Source: an uncultured Oscillospiraceae bacterium
GTDB taxonomy: Bacteria; Bacillota; Clostridia; Oscillospirales; Acutalibacteraceae
Assembly (NCBI GenBank): GCA_910588935.1
Contig: CAJUSM010000005.1
Span: 2,118-66,117 of the forward strand
Length of the DNA: 64,000 nucleotides
Reading direction: 5' to 3'
Every line of letters begins with the position of its first letter. The first letter of the stretch is position 1. Below are positions 1 through 9,446 of this stretch, one piece after another. A program made the translations under genes and the position numbers. The notes under the pieces were generated by a model. It saw only the letters and a list, made by a program, of their open reading frames with translations, ran no database searches and was not told the DNA's origin.

Positions 1-100
1 ACCGCAAGTAATATTTTCGTGTTACGAGGATTTTCGACACACAAATCCGCCCGGACAGGGCAAAAAGACGGTGTTTTCGATTTTTCAAACAAGCCCTAGG
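1..100 (+). repeat. right-hand part of dispersed MITE-like intergenic repeat (family 1), cut by window edge
   Basis: 24-38 ACGAGGATTTTCGAC and 61-99 CAAAAAGACGGTGTTTTCGATTTTTCAAACAAGCCCTAG match 45003-45017 and 45040-45077 almost base for base. Confidence 0.6.
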
Positions 101-115
101 CTCCCCCTTGTGGTA

Positions 116-288
116 CACGGAAATCAATTTTGTGAGAAAATATCCAAAGCCCTCCTGCGCTGACGAAAAAGGCTTTTCTAAGGGATGTCTCCAGTGACAG
201 ATTTAGGGTAGAAACAGCTGAAATTCAGAACCTTGTTTGGGCACGATTTGAATATCCCGAATGTTTATACTCAAAATTGATTTCCGTG
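116..288. mobile_element. 173-bp MITE (family 2): perfect 17-bp terminal inverted repeats, 9-bp target-site duplication
   Basis: 116-132 CACGGAAATCAATTTTG is the exact reverse complement of 272-288. The element is flanked directly by CTTGTGGTA at 107-115 and 289-297. No ORF inside. Confidence 0.75.
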
Positions 289-402
289 CTTGTGGTACAA
301 TCCCAGTTGACAGAAGCCGCCGGCAGTATTAAAATAAGAAAGTACGTGACAAAACATCTTAGTTTTCCCAAAATTTCCATAATTTGGAAGGAGCGCCCGT
401 CA

Positions 403-1839
403 ATGGATAACAGAAACGTGTACGAATCCCCCCTTTCCGCCCGCTATGCCGGCAAGGAAATGAAATACCTCTTCTCCCCCGAAAAGAAATTCCGCACCTG
501 GCGCAGGCTTTGGGTTGCCTTGGCCGAGGCTGAGCACGAGTTGGGCCTGCCTGTTAGTGCCCAGCAGGTGGAGGAGCTAAAAGCTCACCAGCAGGAGATC
601 AACTACTCGGTAGCGGAGGAGCGGGAAAAAGTCGTGCGCCACGATGTAATGAGCCATGTTTACGCCTATGGCCAGCAGTGTCCCCAGGCTGCCGGCATCA
701 TCCACCTAGGCGCTACTTCCTGCTATGTGGGAGATAATACAGATATTATTATTATGACCGAAGCCCTTAGCCTTATTCGGGATAAGCTGGTAGCCGTGCT
801 TCGGGTGCTGGCAAAGTTTGCCGGGGAGTACCGGGCGTTGCCTACCCTGGCCTTTACCCACTTTCAGCCCGCCCAGCCCACTACCGTGGGCAAGCGGGCC
901 ACGCTGTGGATGCAGGACCTGCTGATGGATCTGGAGGACGTGGAGTACCAGCTGGGTAAGGCAAAGCTGCTGGGCAGCAAGGGCACCACAGGCACCCAGG
1001 CCAGCTTTTTGGAGCTTTTTGAGGGCGATCACGAAAAGGTGAAGGAGCTGGACCGGAAAATCGCCGAAAAAATGGGTTATAAGGAGTGCTTTGCCGTTTC
1101 CGGCCAGACCTACTCCCGCAAGCTAGATAGCCAGATGCTCTCCATCCTCTCTGGCATTGCCCAAAGCGCCGCCAAGTTTTCCAATGACATCCGCTTGCTT
1201 CAGCACCTAAAGGAGGTGGAGGAGCCCTTCGAAAAAGGGCAGATTGGCTCCAGCGCCATGGCCTACAAGCGCAACCCCATGCGTACCGAGCGCATTGCCT
1301 CCCTGGCTAGGTACGTGATGGCGGACGCCCTAAACCCGGCCCTAACCATGGCCGGCCAATGGTTCGAACGCACTCTGGATGACTCCGCCAACAAGCGCAT
1401 CAGCGTGCCCGAGGCTTTTCTGGCTACAGACGGCATTTTGAACCTCTATGCCAATGTGGCTGACGGCCTGGTGGTTTACCCCAAGGTTATTGGCCAGCGG
1501 CTGGAAAAGGAGCTGCCCTTTATGGCTACAGAAAACATTATGATGGACGCGGTAAAGCGGGGAGGCGACCGCCAGCAGCTTCATGAGGCCATTCGGGTTC
1601 ACTCCATGGCCGCGGCCAAAGTGGTGAAGGAAGAGGGCGGCGAAAACGACCTGCTGGCCCGTATTGCGGGGGATCCTCTGTTTGGGGTAAGCCTGGACGA
1701 ACTGCAAGAGCTTCTCCGCCCGGAAAAATATGTGGGCCGGGCTCCGGAGCAGACCGCGGATTTTCTGCGGGAAACCGCGGGGCCGGTCCTGGAGCGCTAT
1801 GCCGGCGTGGAGGCGGAAAAGACCAACATCACTGTATAA
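403..1839 (+). CDS. purB: adenylosuccinate lyase
   Basis: ORF 277..1839 trimmed to ATG 403 (MDNRNVYESPLSARYAGKEM), with GGAAGGAG upstream. Carries the fumarate-lyase signature GSSAMAYKRNP and is full-length PurB-like. Confidence 0.93.
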   Translation: MDNRNVYESPLSARYAGKEMKYLFSPEKKFRTWRRLWVALAEAEHELGLPVSAQQVEELKAHQQEINYSVAEEREKVVRHDVMSHVYAYGQQCPQAAGIIHLGATSCYVGDNTDIIIMTEALSLIRDKLVAVLRVLAKFAGEYRALPTLAFTHFQPAQPTTVGKRATLWMQDLLMDLEDVEYQLGKAKLLGSKGTTGTQASFLELFEGDHEKVKELDRKIAEKMGYKECFAVSGQTYSRKLDSQMLSILSGIAQSAAKFSNDIRLLQHLKEVEEPFEKGQIGSSAMAYKRNPMRTERIASLARYVMADALNPALTMAGQWFERTLDDSANKRISVPEAFLATDGILNLYANVADGLVVYPKVIGQRLEKELPFMATENIMMDAVKRGGDRQQLHEAIRVHSMAAAKVVKEEGGENDLLARIAGDPLFGVSLDELQELLRPEKYVGRAPEQTADFLRETAGPVLERYAGVEAEKTNITV

Positions 1840-1856
1840 CGAAAGGAAGAAATGCC

Positions 1857-2384
1857 ATGCGTATAGAATTGTACACTCCCCAACCCAAGGAGCTGTGGTT
1901 TCGGCAAAAGCTGCTGGCCGACCCGGAAACCATGAGCTACAACAAGGGCTGCGGGCTGGACATGCCCACGTATCATAACGACACAGGCTGCATAGACTTT
2001 CCAGAGGAGGCCTGGGCAGATTGGTACGCCAGGTGGGTGAACAATGGCCGGGAGCGCTTTTACGCATATCTGCGGGAAGGGGAAACCGGGAAGTTTGCGG
2101 GAGAGGTGAACCTCTTTCAAACAGAAGGCCCCGGCGTGTATGAGATGGGCATTGTGCTGCACAGCGCCTGTCGGGGGAAAGGGTATTCTAAGGAAGGCAT
2201 TCATCTGCTGCTGAACCATGCTTTTGGGGAACTGGACGCCAAAAAGGTCACCAACTGCTTCGAGCCCGGCCGGGCGGCCGCGCTGCGCATTCACCAAGCC
2301 GCGGGCTTTCAGGTTCTTAAAGAAGAGGAGGGGCTCCTGCACCTGGAGGTAACAAAGGAAGCCTATGGCCGGGTGGAAGGCTAA
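1857..2384 (+). CDS. GNAT family N-acetyltransferase
   Basis: 175 aa with an acetyl-CoA binding-type core (MGIVLHSACRGKGYSKEGIHLLLNHAF). SD AAAGGAAG lies before the ATG. Confidence 0.8.
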   Translation: MRIELYTPQPKELWFRQKLLADPETMSYNKGCGLDMPTYHNDTGCIDFPEEAWADWYARWVNNGRERFYAYLREGETGKFAGEVNLFQTEGPGVYEMGIVLHSACRGKGYSKEGIHLLLNHAFGELDAKKVTNCFEPGRAAALRIHQAAGFQVLKEEEGLLHLEVTKEAYGRVEG

Positions 2385-2408
2385 AATTTCTTTCAATGGC
2401 GGGGAGCG

Positions 2409-2452
2409 ATGGAAAAGTTTTTCGGCTTTTCCAAAAAGCCCTAGCGTCCCCG
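2409..2452 (+). repeat. solo, degenerate right-end remnant of MITE-like family 1
   Basis: GTTTTTCGGCTTTTCCAAAAAGCCCTAGCGTCCCC aligns with 72-106 GTTTTCGATTTTTCAAACAAGCCCTAGGCTCCCC. Confidence 0.4.
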
Positions 2453-2504
2453 CAAAATGTAAAATCGACATAAAAACACTTAATTTTTGAAAGGTCAGGT
2501 AAAA

Positions 2505-3791
2505 ATGGTAAAAGCAATTGTAGGCGCCTGCTGGGGCGACGAAGGCAAGGGCAAAATTACAGACGTGCTGGCAGAGGATTCCGACATTGTGGTGCGCTTT
2601 CAGGGCGGCTCCAACGCCGGCCACACCATCATCAACCAGTATGGGAAATTTGTTCTGCACCAGCTGCCTTCCGGGGTTTTCCGGCAGAATATTACAAATA
2701 TCATCGGCAATGGCGTGGCCCTCTCGCCCGAAAATTTTCTCAGCGAGCTGAAATACATTGAGGAAGGCGGCGTGCCGGCCCCGAAAATTCTAATTTCCAA
2801 CCGCTGCCAGGTGCTCATGCCCTATCACAAGGAGCTGGACGGCCTGGAGGAAGCCCGGCTGGCGGATCAGGCCTTTGGCTCTACCAAGTCTGGTATTGCG
2901 CCTTTCTATTCCGATAAATACGCGAAAATCGGTTTCCAGATCAGCGACCTTTTTGACGATAAGGACGCCATTTACCAGCGCATTGACCATGTTCTGGGCT
3001 TGAAAAATGTTCTTTACACCCAGCTTTACCACCGCCCGCCCCTGGACAGGGAGGAAATCTACCAGAAGCTTATGGAGTATAAGGAAATGCTTGCCCCTTA
3101 CGTGGCAGACACCACCACTCTGCTCTATCAGGCCGCCAAGGAGGACAAAACCATTCTGCTGGAGGGCCAGCTGGGCTCCCTGCGGGACCCGGATATGGGT
3201 ATTTACCCTATGACTACCTCTTCTTCGCCTTTGGCGGCCTTTGGCGCGGTAGGAGCGGGAGGCATCCCGCCCTATGCCATCCGGCAGATTATCTCCGTGG
3301 TAAAGGCCTACTCCAGCGCGGTAGGAGCCGGGGAGTTTGTCTCTGAGATTTTTGGGGAAGAGGCCGAGGAGCTCCGCCGCCAGGGAGGCGACGGGGGAGA
3401 ATATGGCGCTACCACTGGCCGTCCCCGGCAGGTAGGCTGGCTGGACCTGGTGGCAGCCCGGTACGGCTGCATGGTCCAAGGGGCCACAGATGTGGCCTTT
3501 ACTGTGCTGGACGCGCTGGGATATCTGGACGAAATTCCGGTATGCGTGGCCTATGAGCTGGACGGCGAGAAGATTGACTATTTTCCGCCCACAGCCCAGC
3601 TAAAGCGCTGCAAGCCCGTGCTGGAGGTGCTGCCTGGCTGGAAATGCGATATCCGGGATATTCACGAATACGACAGCCTGCCGGAAAATGCTAAGCGGTA
3701 TGTAGAGTTTGCGGAAGAGAGGTTGGGTGTGCCAGTAACCATGGTGTCCAACGGCCCTTCTCGGGGCCACATTATTTACCGGAAGAAATAA
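2505..3791 (+). CDS. purA: adenylosuccinate synthetase
   Basis: ORF 2487..3791; likely ATG 2505 (MVKAIVGACWGDEGKGKITD). GDEGKGK P-loop, GSNAGHTI, TTGRPR near the C-terminal part. Confidence 0.92.
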   Translation: MVKAIVGACWGDEGKGKITDVLAEDSDIVVRFQGGSNAGHTIINQYGKFVLHQLPSGVFRQNITNIIGNGVALSPENFLSELKYIEEGGVPAPKILISNRCQVLMPYHKELDGLEEARLADQAFGSTKSGIAPFYSDKYAKIGFQISDLFDDKDAIYQRIDHVLGLKNVLYTQLYHRPPLDREEIYQKLMEYKEMLAPYVADTTTLLYQAAKEDKTILLEGQLGSLRDPDMGIYPMTTSSSPLAAFGAVGAGGIPPYAIRQIISVVKAYSSAVGAGEFVSEIFGEEAEELRRQGGDGGEYGATTGRPRQVGWLDLVAARYGCMVQGATDVAFTVLDALGYLDEIPVCVAYELDGEKIDYFPPTAQLKRCKPVLEVLPGWKCDIRDIHEYDSLPENAKRYVEFAEERLGVPVTMVSNGPSRGHIIYRKK

Positions 3792-3898
3792 GTGAACGGC
3801 GCCGCGGGCAAGGGCTTGGGAAACGGGTTTCCAGGGCATTGCCATGGCAAAGTTATAAAAATTTCGGCACGCAAGTTCCAAAACGTCCAATTTGCGAA

Positions 3899-3927
3899 GG
3901 CTGCCCCCGCCTGGCGGGCAGCCTTTT
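3899..3927 (+). terminator. intrinsic terminator after purA
   Basis: GGCTGCCC / GGGCAGCC stem followed by TTTT, just before the glmS SD. Confidence 0.6.
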
Positions 3928-3956
3928 CCCACCATCTTTTAAGGAGGTATCGCCCT

Positions 3957-5786
3957 ATGTGCGGAATCGTTGGTTATATTGGAGAGGAACAGGCTGCCCC
4001 TGTTTTGCTAGGCGGCCTGAAAAAGCTGGAGTATCGGGGTTATGACTCCGCCGGAGTGGCTGTGCACAATAGCTCCGGCCTCCATGTGGTTAAGGCAAAA
4101 GGCCGGCTGGCTGTGCTGGACGGCATTTTGGAAGGGGGAGCCACCCTGCCCGGCACTGTGGGCATTGGGCACACCCGCTGGGCCACCCACGGCGCCCCAA
4201 GCGATGTGAACTCCCATCCTCAGGTGAGCGACGGCGGCCTTTTTGCCGTGGTGCACAATGGTATTATTGAAAACTATCTCTACCTAAAAAACCACTTAAA
4301 GCGCCGGGGCGTGGCCTTTGTGTCTGATACTGATACCGAGGTAGTGGCCCAAATGCTGGAGTACTACTACAAGGGAGACGTGCTCCAGGCCATCCGCCAG
4401 GTAACGGACCGCGTAGAGGGCAGCTATGCCTTAGGGATTATCTGTGCCCACTGCCCGGAAAAGGTTTTTGCCGTGCGGAAAGACAGCCCCTTAATTGTAG
4501 GCCTGGGCCAGGGCGAAAACTTTATTGCCTCCGATGTCACCGCGATTTTAGGCCATACCAGGCGTATCTGCCGGTTAAAGGATCGGGAAATCGCTGTACT
4601 GGAGCGGGGCGGCGCCCGGTTTTTCGACGCTGAGCTGGATCCAGTGGAGAAGCAGGAGGAGCTGGTAGAGTGGGATGTGGCCGCCGCGGAAAAGGGGGGC
4701 TATGAGCACTTTATGATGAAGGAAATCTGTGAGCAGCCCGAGGCCTTGGGAAAAACCATATCCCCCCGTATCCGGGAGGGGCGGGTGGTTTTAGACGGCA
4801 TACGCCTGAGCAAAGAAGAAATTGAGGGCCTGAGCCGCATTTACATTGTGGCCTGCGGCACCTCTTACCATGTGGGGGCAGTTGCAAAATATGCCATGGA
4901 AAAGCTTCTCCGCCTGCCCATTGAGGTGGATGTGGCCTCGGAGTTTCGGTACAGAGAGCCTATCTTGGACAGCCGTACCCTGGTGATCATTATCAGCCAA
5001 TCGGGAGAAACCGCCGACACCTTGGCAGCCCTTCGGGAGGCAAAGCGCCAGGGGGCCAGGACACTTTCCATTGTCAACGTGGTGGGCAGCACCATTGCCA
5101 GCGAGTCGGACGATGTGCTGTATACCTGGGCCGGGCCGGAGATTGCCGTAGCCTCTACCAAGGCCTACAGCACCCAGCTGGCCATGATTTACCTGATTGC
5201 CCTGTATATGGTTCAGGAGCTGGGAACCATGCCCCAGCAGGAGCTGGCGGGCCTGCTTGCCCAGCTGGAAAACCTGCCGCGGCTGGCGGAACGCTGCCTA
5301 GCTGAAAAGAAAGAGATTCAGTACTTTGCATCTCGGTACTTTAATGCTGGGGATATCTACTTTATCGGCAGGAACGTAGACTATGCCGCCTCTTTGGAGG
5401 CATCCCTTAAGCTCAAGGAAATTTCCTACATCCACTCCGAGGCCTATACCGGCGGGGAGCTGAAGCATGGCCCTATCTCCCTAATTGAGGAGGGCACCCT
5501 GGTGGTAGCCATATGCACCTGCCGCCGGCTGTTTGAAAAAATGATGGCCAATATCCGGGAGGTGAAGGCCAGGGGCGCGGTAGTGCTTGGCATTACTACG
5601 CCCCAGCTGGCAGAGGCCCTTGCCCAAGAGGCCGACTGCCTGTTCGCGGTGCCGGATACCGCCGAGTTTATGCTGCCCTCTATGTCCATTTTGCCCCTGC
5701 AGCTGTTTGCCTATTATGTGGCCTCTATGAAGGGCTGCGATATCGATAAGCCCCGGAATTTGGCGAAGTCTGTGACAGTGGAATAG
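3957..5786 (+). CDS. glmS: glutamine--fructose-6-phosphate aminotransferase
   Basis: ORF 3792..5786 trimmed to ATG 3957 (MCGIVGYIG, N-terminal Cys nucleophile) with AAGGAGG at 3941-3947. Two SIS domains; C-terminal KSVTVE. Confidence 0.96.
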   Translation: MCGIVGYIGEEQAAPVLLGGLKKLEYRGYDSAGVAVHNSSGLHVVKAKGRLAVLDGILEGGATLPGTVGIGHTRWATHGAPSDVNSHPQVSDGGLFAVVHNGIIENYLYLKNHLKRRGVAFVSDTDTEVVAQMLEYYYKGDVLQAIRQVTDRVEGSYALGIICAHCPEKVFAVRKDSPLIVGLGQGENFIASDVTAILGHTRRICRLKDREIAVLERGGARFFDAELDPVEKQEELVEWDVAAAEKGGYEHFMMKEICEQPEALGKTISPRIREGRVVLDGIRLSKEEIEGLSRIYIVACGTSYHVGAVAKYAMEKLLRLPIEVDVASEFRYREPILDSRTLVIIISQSGETADTLAALREAKRQGARTLSIVNVVGSTIASESDDVLYTWAGPEIAVASTKAYSTQLAMIYLIALYMVQELGTMPQQELAGLLAQLENLPRLAERCLAEKKEIQYFASRYFNAGDIYFIGRNVDYAASLEASLKLKEISYIHSEAYTGGELKHGPISLIEEGTLVVAICTCRRLFEKMMANIREVKARGAVVLGITTPQLAEALAQEADCLFAVPDTAEFMLPSMSILPLQLFAYYVASMKGCDIDKPRNLAKSVTVE

Positions 5787-5796
5787 AGGAGCAGGT

Positions 5797-6591
5797 ATGG
5801 AGGACGCAAGGAAAAGGCTGGAAAATATAAAAATGTTTGTGCTGGATATGGACGGCACCATATATCTTGGAGATACCCTGTTTCCCTTTACCCAGAATTT
5901 TTTGCGGGAAACCAGAGCCAGGGGCAGAGACTTCTGCTTTTTTACCAACAACAGTTCTAAAAATCGAGAGGCCTATCTTTCCCGGCTGGCAGGAATGGGG
6001 ATCCAGGTGCCTCCGGAAAAAATGCTGATTTCCAATGGGGTAATTCTGGAGTGGCTGGCTGCCAACCGGCCGGGGAAATCCGCCTATGTGGTGGGCACAC
6101 CGGCCCTAGAGGAGGATTTCCGCCAGGCCGGAATTCCTATGGCCTGCACGGCCCCCGACTATGTGGTGCTGGGCTTTGACACCAGCCTGACCTATGAAAA
6201 GCTCCGGCTGGCCTGTCATTTTATCCGGAATGGGGCAGAGTTTTTTGGAGTTAACCCAGATCTAAACTGCCCGGTAGAAGGGGGCTTTATCCCAGACTGC
6301 GGCTCTATCGCGGCTTTGGTCAAGGCTTCTACCGGGGTGCAGTGCGAGTTTTTCGGCAAACCCTCCCGGCATTGCCTAGACTACATTATGAGAAAAACCA
6401 ACTGCAAAGAGGAAGAACTTGCAGTAATCGGCGATAGGCTTTACACAGACATCGCTCTGGCAGCCGGGACAAAGGCTTTATCAATTTTGGTAATGAGTGG
6501 GGAGACCACAAAGGAAATGCTGAAAGAAAGCCCCTGGCAGCCGGACTTGGTTTGGGAGAACCTGGCGGCGTTGGGAAAAGACCTTTTTTGA
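5797..6591 (+). CDS. HAD-IIA family hydrolase (NagD-like sugar/phospho-metabolite phosphatase)
   Basis: DMDGT motif I (FVLDMDGTIYLG), FFTNNSS motif II, GDRLYTD motif IV. Confidence 0.8.
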   Translation: MEDARKRLENIKMFVLDMDGTIYLGDTLFPFTQNFLRETRARGRDFCFFTNNSSKNREAYLSRLAGMGIQVPPEKMLISNGVILEWLAANRPGKSAYVVGTPALEEDFRQAGIPMACTAPDYVVLGFDTSLTYEKLRLACHFIRNGAEFFGVNPDLNCPVEGGFIPDCGSIAALVKASTGVQCEFFGKPSRHCLDYIMRKTNCKEEELAVIGDRLYTDIALAAGTKALSILVMSGETTKEMLKESPWQPDLVWENLAALGKDLF

Positions 6592-6618
6592 CACGGCAAT
6601 ATAAAGCCCCGAAAAGAG

Positions 6619-6654
6619 GCAGATGCTCAGCAAGAGGGCATCTGTTCTTTTTTC
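6619..6654 (+). terminator. intrinsic terminator after HAD gene
   Basis: CAGATGC (6620-6626) / GCATCTG (6638-6644) stem followed by TTCTTTTTTC. Confidence 0.75.
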
Positions 6655-6683
6655 TTTACAAATTTCTGAAAATAGAGTAAAAT
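6655..6683 (+). promoter_or_regulatory. sigma-70-type promoter of the pilus-like operon
   Basis: TTTACA (6655-6660), 17-nt spacer, TAAAAT (6678-6683). Confidence 0.5.
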
Positions 6684-6733
6684 AATACCGTATTATTCTG
6701 CGGCACTTTACGCTGCCCACAACGGAGGTTCCC

Positions 6734-7777
6734 ATGAAAAAAGAAATCTCACACGAAACCATTGCCGGCCTATGCCTAGAGCTCTCTATGCTTCTCCACG
6801 CCGGCGTGGCTGTGGCCGACGGCCTTTTGCTAATGGGCGAGGAGGAGCCGGAGGGCCCCTATAAAAAAATGCTGGGGGAAATGGCGGATATGGTGGACAG
6901 CGGGGAGACTCTTTCCGCTGCCATGAAATCTACCGAGGCTTTCCCTTCCTATGTCTGCGGCCTGGCAGAGGTAGGGGAACAATCCGGGCGCACCGAGGAG
7001 GCACTTTCCGCGCTGGCCCAATACTATGAAAACCGCGCCAGGCTGGACCGGCGGCTACGCAGCGCCCTGCTCTATCCCGCTGCCATGCTGGCCCTAATGC
7101 TAGTGGTTATCACTGTCCTGCTGGTACAGGTGCTGCCCATTTTTGACGATGTCTATGCCTCGTTAGGCGGGCGGCTTACCGGCGTGGCCGGAGGCCTGCT
7201 GGCCATTGGCCGCGGTCTGGATGCCGCCATGCCTTTGCTACTGCTCCTGTTGGCTGCCATTGTGGCTTTCTTTATTCTGTTTACCTTGGTGGGCAGTTTC
7301 CGAGACAAGATAACCGGCTTTTGGAAAAGCTGGCGGGGAGACAAGGGGGTCTCCCGCCAAATGAATACCGCCAGACTGGCCCAGGCGTTGGCTATGGGTA
7401 TGGCCAGCGGCCTGCCCTTGGAACAGGCTGTGGATTTGGCTGGCAACCTGATGGCCGATGTGCCCGCTGCCCAAGAAAGATGTAAAAACTGCCTGAACCG
7501 TATGGACGAAGGCCAGCCAATGGCTGCCGCCATGAAAGAGAGCGGCCTGCTCCCCGCTCCCCAGTGCCGGCTGCTAGAGCTTGGCCAGCGCAGCGGGGCA
7601 GGGGATTCCGCCATGGAGAAGATTGCCCAGGATCTGGCGGAAGAGAGCGAGGCCGCCTTGGAAGATCAAGTTAGCCGGGCAGAGCCTGCGCTGGTTCTGG
7701 TTTGCTCGGTATTGGTCGGCTTAATCCTGCTCTCTGTAATGCTGCCGCTGATGGACATTATGGCGGCAATTGGGTGA
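6734..7777 (+). CDS. type II secretion system F family protein (T4P/ComGB-like platform)
   Basis: 347 aa, polytopic, with two T2SSF-like halves (LLHAGVAVADGL... and ...LAMGMASGLPLEQAV). GGAGG SD. Confidence 0.85.
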   Translation: MKKEISHETIAGLCLELSMLLHAGVAVADGLLLMGEEEPEGPYKKMLGEMADMVDSGETLSAAMKSTEAFPSYVCGLAEVGEQSGRTEEALSALAQYYENRARLDRRLRSALLYPAAMLALMLVVITVLLVQVLPIFDDVYASLGGRLTGVAGGLLAIGRGLDAAMPLLLLLLAAIVAFFILFTLVGSFRDKITGFWKSWRGDKGVSRQMNTARLAQALAMGMASGLPLEQAVDLAGNLMADVPAAQERCKNCLNRMDEGQPMAAAMKESGLLPAPQCRLLELGQRSGAGDSAMEKIAQDLAEESEAALEDQVSRAEPALVLVCSVLVGLILLSVMLPLMDIMAAIG

Positions 7778-7787
7778 GGCCATGGGC

Positions 7788-8114
7788 ATGAGAAGAAGGG
7801 CCCAAAGGGCTGAAACCGGAATCCGGATTGCAAAAATGCTTGCCCTGCCCGCCGCTGCCGGAGCGGTGGTTCTGTGTTTTGCCATGGCGCTGGAAAGCTT
7901 GGACCAGGGCCGGGCGCGGGAAGGGCAGGACCAGCTGGAGCAGGCCCTGCGCAAGGGCTGCGTGGCCTGTTACGCGGCAGAAGGGGCTTATCCACAAAAC
8001 TTGGACTACCTGAAGGACCACTATGGGGTACAGGTGGACAACGAGCGGTATATTGTGCACTACGAGATATACGGCGAAAATCTCATGCCAAATATTACGG
8101 TGTTGGAGAGATAG
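7788..8114 (+). CDS. small membrane-anchored protein, pseudopilin-like N-terminus (degenerate)
   Basis: MRRRAQRAETG then a hydrophobic helix. ATG 7788 lies 8 nt after GAGG. Sits in the pilus operon. Confidence 0.5.
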   Translation: MRRRAQRAETGIRIAKMLALPAAAGAVVLCFAMALESLDQGRAREGQDQLEQALRKGCVACYAAEGAYPQNLDYLKDHYGVQVDNERYIVHYEIYGENLMPNITVLER

Positions 8115-8121
8115 GAAACTT

Positions 8122-8613
8122 ATGAAGAGAAAATTAGTAAAGCATCAGCTGGACGGTTTGATGGCCCTTTTGCTTTTCGCCATATTCGCCGTTTGCGTGC
8201 TCATTGTGCTGCTTACGGGGGCTAAGGCCTACCGCCGGCTAACCGCCCGGGACCAAGAGGCTTACCAGGCCAGAACCTGTGTCCAGTATCTTGCCCAGCG
8301 GGTGCGCCAGGCAGACCGGCGGGACGGCATTGCGCTGGAGGAGGACTTCCAGGGCACACAGGCCCTGCTGCTGGACGCGGACCAGGAATACGTGACCCGG
8401 GTGTACTGCTACGAGGGATATCTTATGGAGCTGTACTGTGAAGCCGGCGCCGGGCTGGGGCCTGGGGACGGGGAGCGAATTATGGAGGCCAAGAGCTTGC
8501 AAATGGACATTACAGGAGATACCATTGCAATGAAAGTGGTTACCGGAGCCCAGGACCAGGAAAGGGAATCGGTTTTAACCATTTCCCTGCGGAGCAAAAA
8601 CGGAACCACATAA
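8122..8613 (+). CDS. pseudopilin-like protein (DUF4860-like by memory, unverified)
   Basis: MKRKLVKHQLDG then LMALLLFAIFAVCVLIVLL. Basic leader ending in Gly plus a single TM helix. Confidence 0.55.
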   Translation: MKRKLVKHQLDGLMALLLFAIFAVCVLIVLLTGAKAYRRLTARDQEAYQARTCVQYLAQRVRQADRRDGIALEEDFQGTQALLLDADQEYVTRVYCYEGYLMELYCEAGAGLGPGDGERIMEAKSLQMDITGDTIAMKVVTGAQDQERESVLTISLRSKNGTT

Positions 8614-8647
8614 GGAAACCAGCACACCCCGAGAAAGGACTGTAACA

Positions 8648-9019
8648 ATGAAAAGCAAAGCGCCCCTGGTTATGATGGAACAGATGGTGATGATTTTGGT
8701 ATTTGCTCTGGCTGCCGCCCTGTGCCTGCAGGCCTTTGTTCTCTCCAATTCCCTTTCAGAGCAGGGCCAGGCCCGGGATCAGGCCGTGGTACTCTGCGAA
8801 AACGCCGCGGAAACAGTAAAAATTGGCCCCCAGGAAAGCTTTGTGGCCTATTATGACGAAGCCTGGCAGCAAGCACAGGCACCCTCTGTTTACCGGCTGG
8901 AGGTAAACGGACTGCCACAGGAGCTGGAAACCCTTTGCCAGGCCAAGGCACGGGTCCTTCGGGAGGCAGACGGGGAAGAGCTTTATAGCCTGGGCTATGC
9001 TTGGCAGGAGGTGGACTAA
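8648..9019 (+). CDS. pseudopilin-like protein
   Basis: MKSKAP then LVMMEQMVMILVFALAAAL. This is the only one of the four ORFs with a Glu at about +5 of the helix. Confidence 0.55.
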   Translation: MKSKAPLVMMEQMVMILVFALAAALCLQAFVLSNSLSEQGQARDQAVVLCENAAETVKIGPQESFVAYYDEAWQQAQAPSVYRLEVNGLPQELETLCQAKARVLREADGEELYSLGYAWQEVD

Positions 9020-9424
9020 ATGGCAAAACGGGAAAGGTCGGGGTTTGCCCCGCCGGCTTTGGGGGGCAGCTCGCTGCTGGTAGTATTTGCAGTGCTCTGC
9101 CTAACAGTATTCGCCTTGCTCAGCCTTTCCACGGTTCGGGCGGATTCCCGCCTGGGGGAGGCCTCGGCAAAGGCTGTGACCCAGTACTATGGCGCCGATG
9201 CCCAGGCTCAGGAGATTCTGGCCCGTCTCCGCCTGGGAGAGCAGCCACAAGGCGTGGAGAACAGCGGGGATATCTATTTTTATAACTGTGAAATATCCCC
9301 CACCCAAGAGCTGGTGGTAACCGTATGGGTGAAGGACGGCGATTTTGAAATTTACGAGTGGTACACCAGGGCTACCGGAGAGTGGACACCCCAGGATAGA
9401 ATTCGGGTATGGAACGGCGAGTAA
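9020..9424 (+). CDS. pseudopilin-like membrane-anchored protein
   Basis: MAKRERSGFAPPALGG then SSLLVVFAVLCLTVFALL. The start abuts the previous stop. Confidence 0.55.
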   Translation: MAKRERSGFAPPALGGSSLLVVFAVLCLTVFALLSLSTVRADSRLGEASAKAVTQYYGADAQAQEILARLRLGEQPQGVENSGDIYFYNCEISPTQELVVTVWVKDGDFEIYEWYTRATGEWTPQDRIRVWNGE

Positions 9425-9446
9425 TTTGAAGAAAGGCAGCGACACA

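Noticed and set aside
277-301. TTGATT (277-282) plus TACAAT (296-301) as a -35/-10 pair created by the MITE end
   Set aside because: The spacer is only 13 nt. Only the extended -10 reading (TGGTACAAT) is plausible, and it remains unverified.
277-402. N-terminal extensions of many tracked ORFs (purB, glmS, pilT, argG, argH, argB, pncB, argR, recN, lgt and others)
   Set aside because: In each case an internal start with a good SD reproduces the canonical protein N-terminus, and the extension overlaps the upstream gene or a regulatory RNA.
3792-3956. Possible glmS ribozyme in the 165 nt upstream of glmS (the ORF track extends glmS through it)
   Set aside because: I could not find the conserved glmS ribozyme core. 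The region is explained by the purA terminator hairpin (3899-3927) and the AAGGAGG SD. The N-terminal ORF extension would destroy the obligatory Met-Cys N-terminus. A cmscan with RF00234 would settle it.
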